From the NCBI GenBank assembly GCA_963849325.1, contig CAWKHF010000007.1, forward strand, positions 320,001 through 384,000: a stretch of DNA of 64,000 bases, written 5' to 3'. The notes beneath the pieces are model-generated. The model had not been told where the DNA came from. It searched no databases and saw only the letters and a list, made by a program, of their open reading frames with translations. The first letter of the stretch is position 1; every line of letters begins with the position of its first letter. The position numbers and the translations under genes are program-made. Shown here piece after piece: positions 21,523 through 31,719 of the stretch. Source of the DNA: an uncultured Planctomycetota bacterium. GTDB taxonomy: Bacteria; Planctomycetota; Planctomycetia; Gemmatales; Gemmataceae.

Positions 21523-23499
21523 TTATTCGCTCGCCGTTCGCACTTCGATGTTGCGAATTCCGGCCTGCCGGCAGGCCTTGAGGATGGTCTTCAGGACGGC
21601 GTAGTCAACGGATGCCTCACAGGTGATGCACAAGCCGGCCGCGCCTTTGTCTTCTTCGATCCAGGCGCGAAGCTGGTCGTTCAGCACTTGCAAGGAGGTG
21701 GTTCCCGTTGGTTGGCCGGACAGCTTCATCACTTCCTCGCGGCGGCGCATCTCCAGGGAGGTATTGTTGAGGGCGATGTGGATGGGGGCCGGAGACGAAG
21801 ACGCTGATTTGGCATCGTCGGCGGGGCGGCTTTTTTTCAACCATGGCGTGGTGAAGAGTCCGGCCGCTTGCTCGGCCGATAGCTCGTCGATCCGAAAATT
21901 GCTGAACTGAAGTCGTGCTTCCACACGTTCGCGCGGAAAACTCAGGACTGCTTGTTCCGTGAGGCGCGCTCCCGTTTTCTCGTCCGTGTGTACCCTGCGG
22001 ATGTCGGCCCGCACGAGTACCTCGCCGTCGAGGTTGGTCAAGAGGATCGAGATAACCCGTCCGCCCTTCCGTCCCACCTTCGAGAACACCAGCACCTTGC
22101 GCAGCTGCTCGCCCAGGGGCGAAAACACCCTTTCCTCCACTTCCAGGCCTTGCTTTCCGACGGACTGAGAATAGTTCCTTGTCGGGTCGTACTCCGCCAT
22201 GCCGAGAACGTCCAAGAGCCATTCCGGCCTGTACTCCACCGGCCAGTGTTGGGGGTTTCGGATCTCTTCTCTCCGAAAACCGCGCCAAACGTGCCAATAG
22301 CGGCGCGGTCCCATCTTGATGGCCGCGAACCAGTAGGCTTCCTCATTGCAACCCAGATCGAGAGCCGGTTGGCCGAGGATCTTGGCCTGGACGTGGACGT
22401 CCCGAGGCCGTCGGCAAGCAAGTTGGCCGCTGAGGCCGACCGTCATCTTTTCGATACGGCAGTCGAGTACCACGTCGCAGCGGAGTCCTCGAACGAGGCG
22501 GGCATTTCGATTCAATTCCTGGATCAGCTCGCGCGCGGTTGGCAGAGCATCCGCCGGCATCTCCGCCGCTTTCGGCACGCGCGCGGACGAATCGGCCGAT
22601 GCGGCGGAATCCTCCCGCGGCTCCGACTTCGCCTTTGTCCCCGCCGCATCCAAGGCGGCTCCGAAGCCAATACTGACGGCCAGCACGAGCGCCGCCATCC
22701 TCCGCAGCTGGGTCATCCACATGGCTTTCAACACTCCTTGCGTTAGGGCCGCGATGGAAGCGGCTTCCTCGGCCACTTTCGCCATCCCCGCCTCGAGGAA
22801 CGTCCGTGCCAGATTCATCGTCGCCCGGATGAGCGGGGACGCGATACCCGCGAAGGCGGCGTTTTCCGCGAACGCCGCACCGAGCACGGCCGCGGACAAC
22901 GTCAGGCCGCGCCGGGTCAAACGCCGGGCGAGCAGGTCGCGGCCGCGCCACAATCGGCCCGAGACGGTCCCCAGCGGCCAGCCGAGTTCGCGGGCGGCCT
23001 CCTTGTGGGTCCGTCCTTGCAGATCGCACAGGACCAACGGCACCCGGTATTTCTCGGGTAATCGATTCAGCTCCTCATCGAGCAGTAGCCGCCAATCCTC
23101 CTCGCCTGGCACGGGGTCCGCCCTTCGTTCCTGCCCGGCTTGCCTCTCCTTGGTACGTCGCCGGGCCCGTGCGGTTCGGCGGCGCAGGGCCGTGCGCTGG
23201 GCGACGCCGTGCAGCCAGGGACCGACGGCCTGACGCGGGCGGATCGACGATGCCTTGCGCAGCAGCACGAGGAAAGTGGCCTGAAAAGCGTCCTCGGCGT
23301 CGTGGCGGTTGCCCAGGACGCGACGACAGACGCCGAACACCATCGGGCCGTGTCGGCGCACCAAGGCGGCGAAGGCGACCTCCTCGTGCCGGCTCAAAAA
23401 CGCCTCCAGCAATTGCCCATCGCTCAAGCCGTTCGACTCCTGCCGTAGCACGGCTTGGCGAAAGTTCTGCAAGACGCTGTTCAGGGAACGGGACGGCAT
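21523..23499 (-). CDS. Planctomycete-type ECF sigma-70 factor with a long C-terminal extension
   Basis: SDGQLLEAF, LVRRHGPMV, DAEDAFQATF, LPEKYRVPLVLC, GTVSGRL; TM then extracytoplasmic domains. Confidence 0.92.
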   Translation of the reverse strand: MPSRSLNSVLQNFRQAVLRQESNGLSDGQLLEAFLSRHEEVAFAALVRRHGPMVFGVCRRVLGNRHDAEDAFQATFLVLLRKASSIRPRQAVGPWLHGVAQRTALRRRTARARRRTKERQAGQERRADPVPGEEDWRLLLDEELNRLPEKYRVPLVLCDLQGRTHKEAARELGWPLGTVSGRLWRGRDLLARRLTRRGLTLSAAVLGAAFAENAAFAGIASPLIRATMNLARTFLEAGMAKVAEEAASIAALTQGVLKAMWMTQLRRMAALVLAVSIGFGAALDAAGTKAKSEPREDSAASADSSARVPKAAEMPADALPTARELIQELNRNARLVRGLRCDVVLDCRIEKMTVGLSGQLACRRPRDVHVQAKILGQPALDLGCNEEAYWFAAIKMGPRRYWHVWRGFRREEIRNPQHWPVEYRPEWLLDVLGMAEYDPTRNYSQSVGKQGLEVEERVFSPLGEQLRKVLVFSKVGRKGGRVISILLTNLDGEVLVRADIRRVHTDEKTGARLTEQAVLSFPRERVEARLQFSNFRIDELSAEQAAGLFTTPWLKKSRPADDAKSASSSPAPIHIALNNTSLEMRRREEVMKLSGQPTGTTSLQVLNDQLRAWIEEDKGAAGLCITCEASVDYAVLKTILKACRQAGIRNIEVRTASE

Positions 23500-23739
23500 C
23501 ACTTGGTTCTCCGTGGGCGAGGAGGCTCCTCCTACTATTCCCCGGAGGCAGGCGGATTCATACGATTTTTTCCGCGGCGCGGAAGGAAGCGAGGATGCGG
23601 ATTGTCCGGGACGCACTCAAGATAACGGGCCGACTCCAGGAGAGACCGATGGAATTGGCACCGGAAAACTTGCCGGAACGGAGAAGGGAGGGAATGGTTC
23701 GACAGGACATTCCCCCCTTTGCCAAGGAAGGTTTTCGAC

Positions 23740-24108
23740 ATGCGTATCCACCTCTGGTTGGCGGCCGTGTCCATCGCGGCGCTGGGGCTGATCGGCCTGG
23801 GAGCGGGGCGCGGCGAGGCCGGCAGTTTCTTCGGACCTTGCTGCTACGGCGCCCGTTACGCCTACGAATACCCCAATCGTGCTCACAACGTCTTCGGCTG
23901 CGGCCCGTGTTGCCGGTGTACGGCCTGGCATCCGACCTTCCAGCACGGCTGCTCCCGGAAAAACTCGTGCGGTTCGGCCGACGGGGCGGGGATACCACCG
24001 GGTCCGGCCATCGCGGAACGAATCGCTCCGCTCCCCGCCGGACAGCCGGCGGTGCCCACGCCATCCGAGGGCGTCTCGGCGGAGCGAACGTCCTGTCCTC
24101 CGTTCTGA
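23740..24108 (+). CDS. Small secreted Cys-rich hypothetical protein
   Basis: AAGGAAGG RBS; signal peptide ending GEA; nine Cys; Pro-rich tail. Confidence 0.6.
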   Translation: MRIHLWLAAVSIAALGLIGLGAGRGEAGSFFGPCCYGARYAYEYPNRAHNVFGCGPCCRCTAWHPTFQHGCSRKNSCGSADGAGIPPGPAIAERIAPLPAGQPAVPTPSEGVSAERTSCPPF

Positions 24109-24181
24109 TACCATCCAGACGAGCGGGGTCGCATTGGCACTCCGAGAGACGCAAGCCCTCGGTATCGGGAGAAGCACGGCG

Positions 24182-25197
24182 ATGAGTGCGGAAGCGACCG
24201 TCCGCGCGGGGCGGGTGCTGGTGACCGGGGCGGGCGGCTTTCTCGGCGCCAACTTGGTGTGGACGTTGCGGGAACACGGCTTCATGGTTCGCGCCTTGCT
24301 CCGCCGTCCGCCGCGTGGCCCGCGGTGGACGGGCCTGGACGGCGTCGAATTTGTGATCGGCGACATCCGTAATTCGGCGGACGTGGCCCGCGCGGTCGAA
24401 GGCGTGACGGGCGTCCTGCACGCCGCCGGCCTGATGCGGCTCATCCCCCGGCCGCGCCGGGACGCCTACCGCGTCAACGTGGAGGGCACGCGGACGGTTT
24501 GCGCCGCCGCTCGACGGGCGGGCGTGCGCCGCCTGGTGTTCACCTCCAGCGCCTCGACCATCGAACCGGGGACCGCCGAGCGGCCGGGCACCGAAGAATC
24601 GCCGGCCAACCGTGGGCCGATCCGCGCCCCTATTCCGACAGCAAACGCCTGGCCGAGAACGTGGTCCACGAGTTCAACGCCCCGGGCCTGGAGACGATCG
24701 TCCTCTGTCCCACCTTCGTCCTTGGACCGCGCGACGCCCGGCCGACGACGAACGAGTTGCTTCTGCACGCGGCCCGCTGGCGCCGGCCGATCCTCCCTCC
24801 CGGCGGCATGAACATCATCGACGTGCGCGAGGCCGCCCTGGCCCACGTCCGCGCCTTGTGGCTGGGTCGTCCCGGCGAGCGCTACATTCTCGCCGGGCCT
24901 TATCTCCGTTACGCGGACCTCGGGTCTATCGTGAACCGCATGGTCGGCGGCCGCGGCGTCTGGACCCTGCCGCGCTGGACGCGCCTGGCCGGCTCGATCC
25001 CGCTGGCCATCGTCTCGGGCGTGTGGCCGGACATGCCCAACGGCTTGACGGTCCCGAGCTTCCAATACGGCTTTGTCTGCTACCACCTCTCGGGAGCGAA
25101 GGCCGACGCCGCCTTCGGCCTGACGCATCGCTCGCCGGAGGAGACGGTGGCCGACACGCTGCGCTGGTTCCGCGTATCATTAGGGTTTAGGGTTTAG
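24182..25197 (+). CDS. NAD-dependent epimerase/dehydratase (dihydroflavonol-reductase/HpnA-like), frameshift near 24628
   Basis: VTGAGGFLG, HAAG, VNVEGT, YSDSK (YxxxK), GERYILAG. Confidence 0.85.
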
Positions 25198-25275
25198 GGT
25201 GAAGAATTCCAGCCCGTGCCTGACCAGCTCCACCTCGAAACCTCGGACCCTAAACCCCAAACCCTAAACCCTAGA
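25180..25275. repeat. Inverted TTTAGGG/CCCTAAA heptamer arrays
   Basis: TTAGGGTTTAGGGTTTAGGG at 25180-25199; CCCTAAACCCCAAACCCTAAACCCTAGA at 25248-25275. Confidence 0.8.
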
Positions 25276-26226
25276 TACGATGCGGGCTAACTCGCGCAGG
25301 TCGAGGTTGCCGCCGGAGAGCACGCCGACCACGGTTTGGCCCGCCAGCTGTTCGCGCAGCCGCAGGGCCGCCGCCGTCGAGGCGGCCCCCGCGCCCTCGG
25401 CAAGATTGTGCGTCACGCGCAACAGCAGGCGGATCGCCTCGCGCAGCTCGTCGTCGCCGACAAGTATCATGTCATGAACATATCGACGAATGATCTCCAG
25501 CGTCATGTCCGCCGGCATGCGCGTGGCCATGCCTTCCGCGAAGGTGGTCGGCGTATCCGTCTCGATAGGCCGCCCCTCGCGCCACGATAGCGTCACCGCT
25601 GGCGCCAACTCGGACTGCACGCCGAGGACGCGCGTCTTCGGACGACGCGCCGCCGCGACCAGGGAGACGCCACAAATGCCGCTGCCCAGGCCGACAGGGG
25701 CGAGAATGACGTCCGGCTCCGGCAGATCGTCGAAAATCTCCAGGCCGTATGTGCCGACGCCGGCGATCAGGTCCGGCTCGTTCGCCGAGTGGACGTAGCG
25801 CAGTCCCTCGCGGTGGCGGATGGATTCGCAGTGCGCTCGCGCCTCGTCATAGTCGCGGCCATGCTCGATCAGTTCGGCGCCGAGAGCGCGCATGGCGGCG
25901 ACCTTGTCCGGGTTGTTGTTCTCCGGCACCACCAGCACGCAGCGGACGCCGAACAGACGGCAGGCGTAGGCGAGCGATTGCCCGTGATTGCCGGTCGTAC
26001 AGCCGAGGATGCCTCGGTCCTTCTGCTCCGGAGACAGCCGGCTAACGAGATAGATGCCGCCGCGCACCTTGAACGCCGTCGTCGGCGTGTGGTTCTCGTG
26101 CTTGAGAAAGTAACGGCAGCCCAGCAAGCGCGACAGAGCCGGCCACTCGTAGAGCGGCGTCGGCTTCAGATAGCGATGCACCACCGGAGCGGCAGCCACC
26201 ACGTCGGCATACGTCGGCAAGTTCAT
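25264..26226 (-). CDS. PLP-dependent threonine/serine dehydratase family protein
   Basis: KHENHTPTTAFKVRGG, TTGNHGQS, PVGLGSG, EGAGAA, LSGGN. Confidence 0.92.
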   Translation of the reverse strand: MNLPTYADVVAAAPVVHRYLKPTPLYEWPALSRLLGCRYFLKHENHTPTTAFKVRGGIYLVSRLSPEQKDRGILGCTTGNHGQSLAYACRLFGVRCVLVVPENNNPDKVAAMRALGAELIEHGRDYDEARAHCESIRHREGLRYVHSANEPDLIAGVGTYGLEIFDDLPEPDVILAPVGLGSGICGVSLVAAARRPKTRVLGVQSELAPAVTLSWREGRPIETDTPTTFAEGMATRMPADMTLEIIRRYVHDMILVGDDELREAIRLLLRVTHNLAEGAGAASTAAALRLREQLAGQTVVGVLSGGNLDLRELARIVSRV

Positions 26227-26329
26227 GCCCCTCTCCTCCTACTGATATTGATCGCATGTTCACGGTTATGGTAATGTGTACTTCCGTACATTGGTGGCGG
26301 TGACGTGACCTCACACAAGGAAGCCGGGG

Positions 26330-26521
26330 ATGCAGATCAACACCCACGCACCACAGGAAAGCCCATCGCCCGATGACACGCCCTCCCGTTCGCCGCAATG
26401 TCCCCTCTGTGACGGGCTGCTAATCCCGTTGCGCAACGGCTATCGCTGCTCGCAATGCCAGTACCCCCTTTGCGCCGGCTGCGAGTCGTTGGAATGTTGT
26501 CCCGTTCCCGAGGCCACCTAG
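26330..26521 (+). CDS. Small Cys-rich (Zn-finger-like) hypothetical protein
   Basis: 63 aa with CPLC, CSQC, CAGC and CC. Confidence 0.55.
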   Translation: MQINTHAPQESPSPDDTPSRSPQCPLCDGLLIPLRNGYRCSQCQYPLCAGCESLECCPVPEAT

Positions 26522-28657
26522 CCGAGAGGCGCGACCGGCCGATTCGTCCACGGCGCCCCGATCTCTTGACGAATGCGCGCGACGGATTCTTCGGCGTCCC
26601 GCACGCGGGCATCATCGCGGAGAACGCCGGCGATGGCCGCGACGAGGATCAGACTATCCGCTTCGAGGATCGGCATGGCGTACTGGCGGGCGAGATCGAG
26701 AGCGGCGCGGTTGACGTTGCTGGCCTGGTCCATCTCGCCCTCGGCCAGCAGCCAGGCGGCGTAACTCAGGCGCGTCAGGGTACGCTCGAAAGGCAGACCG
26801 CCGCGGTCGTAAGCGTCGAGCAGCTCGCGGTATTCGATCCCCAGGTCGATCTCCTCGGCGCCGCCGGCGACGCGCAGGTAATCGGCACGCATGCGGCGAC
26901 GGGCGAGGTCGGCCCAGCGGTGTTCGCCGCTGTGCGGCGGCCGGAAAAGAATGCTGCGAACGTCCAGCGCCGTCAGTTGTCCGGCGCGTAGGAGGCACTC
27001 GAATACATGGACCCACTCGTACACATCCACCGGCACCAGCGTTTTGGCCAGGGCGACGGCTTCTGCGGTGCGTCCGGCGAGGCAGAGAGCGTGACAGCGA
27101 TAGGCCCGCCACAGCGTCTGCCAGGGCGGCGGCACTTGCAGTTGTTCGAGGAGCGGGTCCAGACGACCCAGGGCGATCAGAGCGTCGCCGCGCAGGGCGG
27201 CGTCGGCGTCGCGGTAGGCGGCGAGGGCGTCGTCGAACTGGCCGAGCAGCTCGAAACAGATGGCCAGGCTGCGGAAGCGGCCAAAGCCCGACCACAGCGG
27301 CGAACGACGCCAGTCGCCGCTCGGAAAGAAGCGCAGCAGCAGGTCGCGTTCCAGCACGGGAGCGAGGAAACGATGCTTCGGATTGTCCAGGGCGACGAAG
27401 GCGCTGTCGGCCTCGTTCCACAGGCCGGCGTCGGCGTAGGCGTGGAACATCTCGACCTCTTCGCGCGCCTCTTCCAGCGTGTCGGGGCGGCGGCGATCGG
27501 GCCGACCGCGCAGAAAGCCGGCGCGCGTGCGAGCGCTCTGCCGCTGTCCGCCGGCGCCGAGGGCGTGTTCGAAAGCCCGGCGCACCAGTGGATGCGCGTC
27601 GATGACCGTGGCCGTTTCCGCCGACATCGTCGCGGGGCGGCCGACGCGCTCCAGCAGGCGCAGGTCGATCAACTCCTGCAACCGCGCCGCCAGCCAGGCC
27701 GAGGACCGCCGGGAGAAGGGCGGATACGTGCGCCGCCAGGTTTCGTGCAGCAGTGTATGGACGGGTTCGCTGGCCAGGTATTCGAGCAGCCGCGCCTCGG
27801 CCGGCGGATCGCGGAAAGCAGTGGCCAGCGCGATGACGTCCTGCATCTCCTGCGGCAGCGCCTGCTGGTAAGCGGCGAGCACGCGAGCAACGCGGTGCTC
27901 TTCCTCACTGGCTCCCTCGGCGCGGCGGCCCCGGCAAATCCTGATGGCGGCGAGCGTCACCCTGGTGATAGCGGACGAGGAAAGTCCCTAATAGCTCCAC
28001 CGCCTTGGCGTGATGCCCACCGGCCGTCGCCGCCTCGTCCAGTACCGCGGCCTCGCCCTGGACGCCCAGACTGGTCAGCAAGGCGCGGGCGCTCTCGGCA
28101 TCGAGTCCGCTAAGCGAGAGCAAGCGCGCATGACGACGTGTTGTCAGCGTCGGCAGTGGAAAGCGCGTCGTCAACACCACGACGCCAGGCAGCGGCTCGG
28201 AGGACAGCTCTTCCAGCAGCCTACCTAGTTCCGGGTGCAGGAAGCGTCCCAGCCACGAGCCGCTGTCGTACTGCGCTACCTCGGTGCCATCGAGCACGAT
28301 CGCCCAGCGCCTGGCGGCGCAGCAGCGGCAGCAGATGATCGACGCAATAACTGGCCGACAGGTCGGGCGGCTGCTCCAGTCCCTCCGCGTAGGCGTACAG
28401 CGAACGGAGGCAGAGGTCGGCGTCCTTGCCGCGATAGAAGCTCCACAGGAACACCCCCTCGGGGCGATCCGCCGCCGTCAGCATGGATTCGAGCCAGTGC
28501 TGCACGATGGCCGTCTTGCCCTGTCCGCCGGGACCGATCAGCGCAATCACGCTCTCCGGCCCGCCGCGCAGCGCGGCGTCGAGCCGCGCCAGCTCCGCGG
28601 TGCGCCGAAGAAGCGATACGGTTCGGACGTGCAGTGATGAATACAGACGGGACGCAT
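26518..28657 (-). CDS. STAND-type P-loop NTPase with a helical/TPR-like C-terminus, frameshifts near 28605, 28310 and 27930
   Basis: Reconstructed MRPVCIHHCTSEPYRFFGRTAEL; Walker A GPGGQGKT; FLWSFY; Walker B IVLDGTE; VVLTTR; HPLVRR winged-helix motif. Confidence 0.75.
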
Positions 28658-28736
28658 GAAAAAGAAGAAGCATCACCCCGGACTATGGAAGTATCCACTT
28701 CGCCCCATTCACTCCTCGTCCGACATCTCACTCCTC

Positions 28737-29342
28737 TCACGGCCGAGCCTCGTATTCCTCTTCGCGCCGCTTCTCTTCCAGGCATTCGATGTAATCGCTC
28801 CGCACAGACGGATGCAATCGATCCGCGAACGATTCATCGAGTTGATGAACGCGAATGAGTGAGACGACATCGGCGAAGTCCTGATGGCGATGCGCCGCCA
28901 GTTTCAATTGCACCAGATTCAGTAAATCCAGGACCTGGGCATCGTCGATTGTTTCTCGAACGATGGCCGGATCAGGATAAGCGATCGGGCCGGGTTTGCC
29001 GCTGCCGGGGAATAATCCCGTAACCAGGAAATCGATAGTTATTTGATTCGTGCAATCCGTAAATCGTCGGGGGAGTCGAGAATGCTTCTCATACTGTTTC
29101 GGGACGAACCGCTTGCAAAACTCGGCCAGTCCCTCGGCTGTCAGAAGGACGTCCAAGTCGTCCGTCGTCCGGTGGTGGCCATGAGCGTTCACCGCCATCC
29201 CCCCCACAATGGCGTAGGGGATCTTGGCTTTTTCCAAACGTTTTACGACGCGGCGCATCGACTTGTGGACCGCATCGTTCTTCTGGAAAAACATGTCGAT
29301 CTCCTTTAATCGTTTCCAGAAATTGAACGGTGCCGTCTTCAC
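28737..29342 (-). CDS. Nucleotidyltransferase-fold protein (AbiEii/MNT-like)
   Basis: YAIVGGMAVNAHG..RTTDDLDVL; LVQLKLAAHR.QDFADV. Confidence 0.75.
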   Translation of the reverse strand: MKTAPFNFWKRLKEIDMFFQKNDAVHKSMRRVVKRLEKAKIPYAIVGGMAVNAHGHHRTTDDLDVLLTAEGLAEFCKRFVPKQYEKHSRLPRRFTDCTNQITIDFLVTGLFPGSGKPGPIAYPDPAIVRETIDDAQVLDLLNLVQLKLAAHRHQDFADVVSLIRVHQLDESFADRLHPSVRSDYIECLEEKRREEEYEARP

Positions 29343-29401
29343 GAAATGCCCTCCTTCTTCTGATCCCGCTTATTCTCCAGCAAGTTGAACATCTCTTGTA
29401 A

Positions 29402-30772
29402 TCAAAACAGTTCTTTGATCGGCTGCGCATCGTAATCGGCCAGCGGCAGCGGGCGGTTCTGCGGTCCCGGCAGTTCGCGGTGGGGATCGAGTCCGAGTCC
29501 CTTGTAAATCGTCGCCGCCACCACGGCCGGCGAGACCGGCCGCGTCTTCGGCGCGTAGCCCAGCTCGTCCGATTCGCCGACGACGCGGCCACCCTGGATG
29601 GGACCGCCGCCGAGCAGGATCGTCCACACGCCGGGGTGGTGATCGCGGCCGCCGGCCGGGTTGATCTTGGGCGTGCGGCCGAACTCGCCCATCGCCGTCA
29701 CGATGGTCGTCTTGAGCAGGCCGCGATCGTGCAGGTCTTCCAGAAGCGTGCTGTAGGCGCGATCGAAGTCCGGAGCGACCAGGCGCGACATCTCGGCGAT
29801 GTCGGTGAACGGCCGAGAACCATGAATGTCCCAGGTGATCTCGTCGAAGACCGTTTCATACATATTGACCGTGACGAAGCGAACGCCGCGTTCGATGAGG
29901 CGGTGCGCCAGCAAACAGCTCTGGCCGAAGCGTGTCCGGCCGTAGCGATCGCGCGTGGCGGCCGGCTCGCGGTCCAGTGCGAACGCCTCGCGGGCTTGCG
30001 GGCTGGACATCAAGCGATAAGCCAGATTGAAATTCTCGTCCAGTTGCTTGGCCTGCGCGTTCGTTTCGAACGACGCCAGAGCGCCTTCGACGGCGTCGCG
30101 CATCTTCTGACGTTGGCCGGCGCGGACGGCGGAGATGTACTCGGGCGGTAGCAGGTCGGGCACCTTGAAGTCCTTGGCCGACGGATCGGCATTGAGGACG
30201 AAGGGGTCGTAGGGCTTGCCGAGGTAGCCGGCGCTTTGGCCATGCGGCATGTTGCCGCCGGTGCGTCCCATCGGCCGCGGCACCAGCACGTGCGCCGGCA
30301 CTTCGCCACGCTGTCCCTTCAGGTAGCCCAGCACGCAGCCGACGTGCGGGTGCTCGATGCCGCCGCTGAACAGCCGGCCGGTCTGCATCATCTGATGGCC
30401 GGTGTCGTGGACGGCGGCGGCTGTGTGGTAGACGCTGCGAATGAGCGAATACTTGTCGGCGTGCCGGGCCATCTTCGGGAAGATCTCGCTGATCTGAATG
30501 CCCGGCGCGTTGGTGGCCACGGCCTTGAAGGGGCCGCGAACCTCGGCCGGCGCCTTGGGCTTGGGGTCCCAGGTGTCGATGTGACTGGGGGCGCCGAGCA
30601 GAAACAGCATGATACAGTTGACGTCCTTGTCCGGGGCCGCGGCGGCGGTCCGCCGGGCGAAGAAACCGGGCAGCGTCAGGCCCAGCAGCGGCAGTGCGCC
30701 GGCGTGCAGGAAATCGCGTCGCGTCAAACCATCGCAAACGGACACGCCACGGTCGGCTTCGAGGCGCAACAT
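29402..30772 (-). CDS. DUF1501 family protein
   Basis: TRRDFL; GAPSHIDTWDPKP; FGQSCLLA; WDIH; GEFGRTPKIN; GRDHHP. Confidence 0.92.
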   Translation of the reverse strand: MLRLEADRGVSVCDGLTRRDFLHAGALPLLGLTLPGFFARRTAAAAPDKDVNCIMLFLLGAPSHIDTWDPKPKAPAEVRGPFKAVATNAPGIQISEIFPKMARHADKYSLIRSVYHTAAAVHDTGHQMMQTGRLFSGGIEHPHVGCVLGYLKGQRGEVPAHVLVPRPMGRTGGNMPHGQSAGYLGKPYDPFVLNADPSAKDFKVPDLLPPEYISAVRAGQRQKMRDAVEGALASFETNAQAKQLDENFNLAYRLMSSPQAREAFALDREPAATRDRYGRTRFGQSCLLAHRLIERGVRFVTVNMYETVFDEITWDIHGSRPFTDIAEMSRLVAPDFDRAYSTLLEDLHDRGLLKTTIVTAMGEFGRTPKINPAGGRDHHPGVWTILLGGGPIQGGRVVGESDELGYAPKTRPVSPAVVAATIYKGLGLDPHRELPGPQNRPLPLADYDAQPIKELF

Positions 30773-30894
30773 CGGAGATTCTCCACGGAGAATGGGCAGA
30801 TGATTCAAGGTAACGCCCGGTGCGAGGGGATGCAATTCGTTTCCGCAGCGCGGTGACGAGGACCACGTTTTTTCGGCCATGTTCGCCCACTCGC

Positions 30895-31719
30895 TCACGG
30901 GGCTGGACGCGCCGAAGTATACGTCAGGTCATCCAGGTAGATACGCACGAGTTGCCCGCCGATGGTCGAATTGAACAGACCGAAGCGATCGAAGCGAGCG
31001 CCCTCCGTTTTCAGACCCTTCTTCAAAGCGAGCGTCACGGTTTCTTTGCCCAGCGTCACGCGCAGCTGGCCTTGGCCATCGTTCGCGGTGGGATCATACA
31101 ACAACGACCAGTCAAAGACTTTGCCCGGCGTGAGCACCGGGCCTTTTTCCACTTTGGCCATCGTCCCCTTGGCCGTCGCGCATCGGGGGATGAAGTAATG
31201 GCCTATGCGCGTCGGCCCGCCTACGTGAACACCGAGGAAATTCCCCGATTCGACAGGCGGCCTCGTTTTGTCGGTGCTGCTGAACCAGCCGAGATAGACG
31301 TTGGAATCGGGCGCCCCGACCTTCAGCACGACCTTGCCTCTCGCTTCCAGTCGATCCTCGAGGCTCAGAGGGCCGATCCGGTCGGCGTAGTAGCCGTACT
31401 TGCCGCTGCGCCAAAGGTCGCCGCCCATTTCGCCGCGCTGGCCGCCCGCGAAGCTCGTCGTTGGGCTGAAGCCGAAGTCGTGGGCGCCTACCGGCGGATT
31501 CTCGATTTTCGCCCGATTGTTTGCACCAACCCAACCGGGGTCTTTGGTGAAATCATCGGCCATGCCGTCGTACTCAAGGTCGCCAAAGTAGATCGTCAAG
31601 GCGTTGCCCGGCTTGGTCATGTTGAGAAGGCCGAAGCGGTCGAAGGTAGTGCCTCCCTTCTTGAAGCCGACGGGAAGATCGACGGAGAAGGCGTTCGTGT
31701 TGGGAAAGTGGCTGAGGGC
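30895..31719 (-). pseudogene. 3' part of a hypothetical planctomycete gene truncated by IS4
   Basis: The frame stays open from the IS boundary (ALSHFPNTNAFSVDLP..FDRFGLLNMTKP); internal repeat FDRFGL; no 5' half across the IS. Confidence 0.7.

Noticed and set aside
23655-23675. Sigma-54 promoter TTGGCACCGGAAAACTTGCC
   Set aside because: The GG-to-GC spacing is 13 nt rather than the required 10
25180-25275. True telomere or eukaryotic contamination
   Set aside because: Only 3-4 units, internal, and embedded in the ends of bacterial genes
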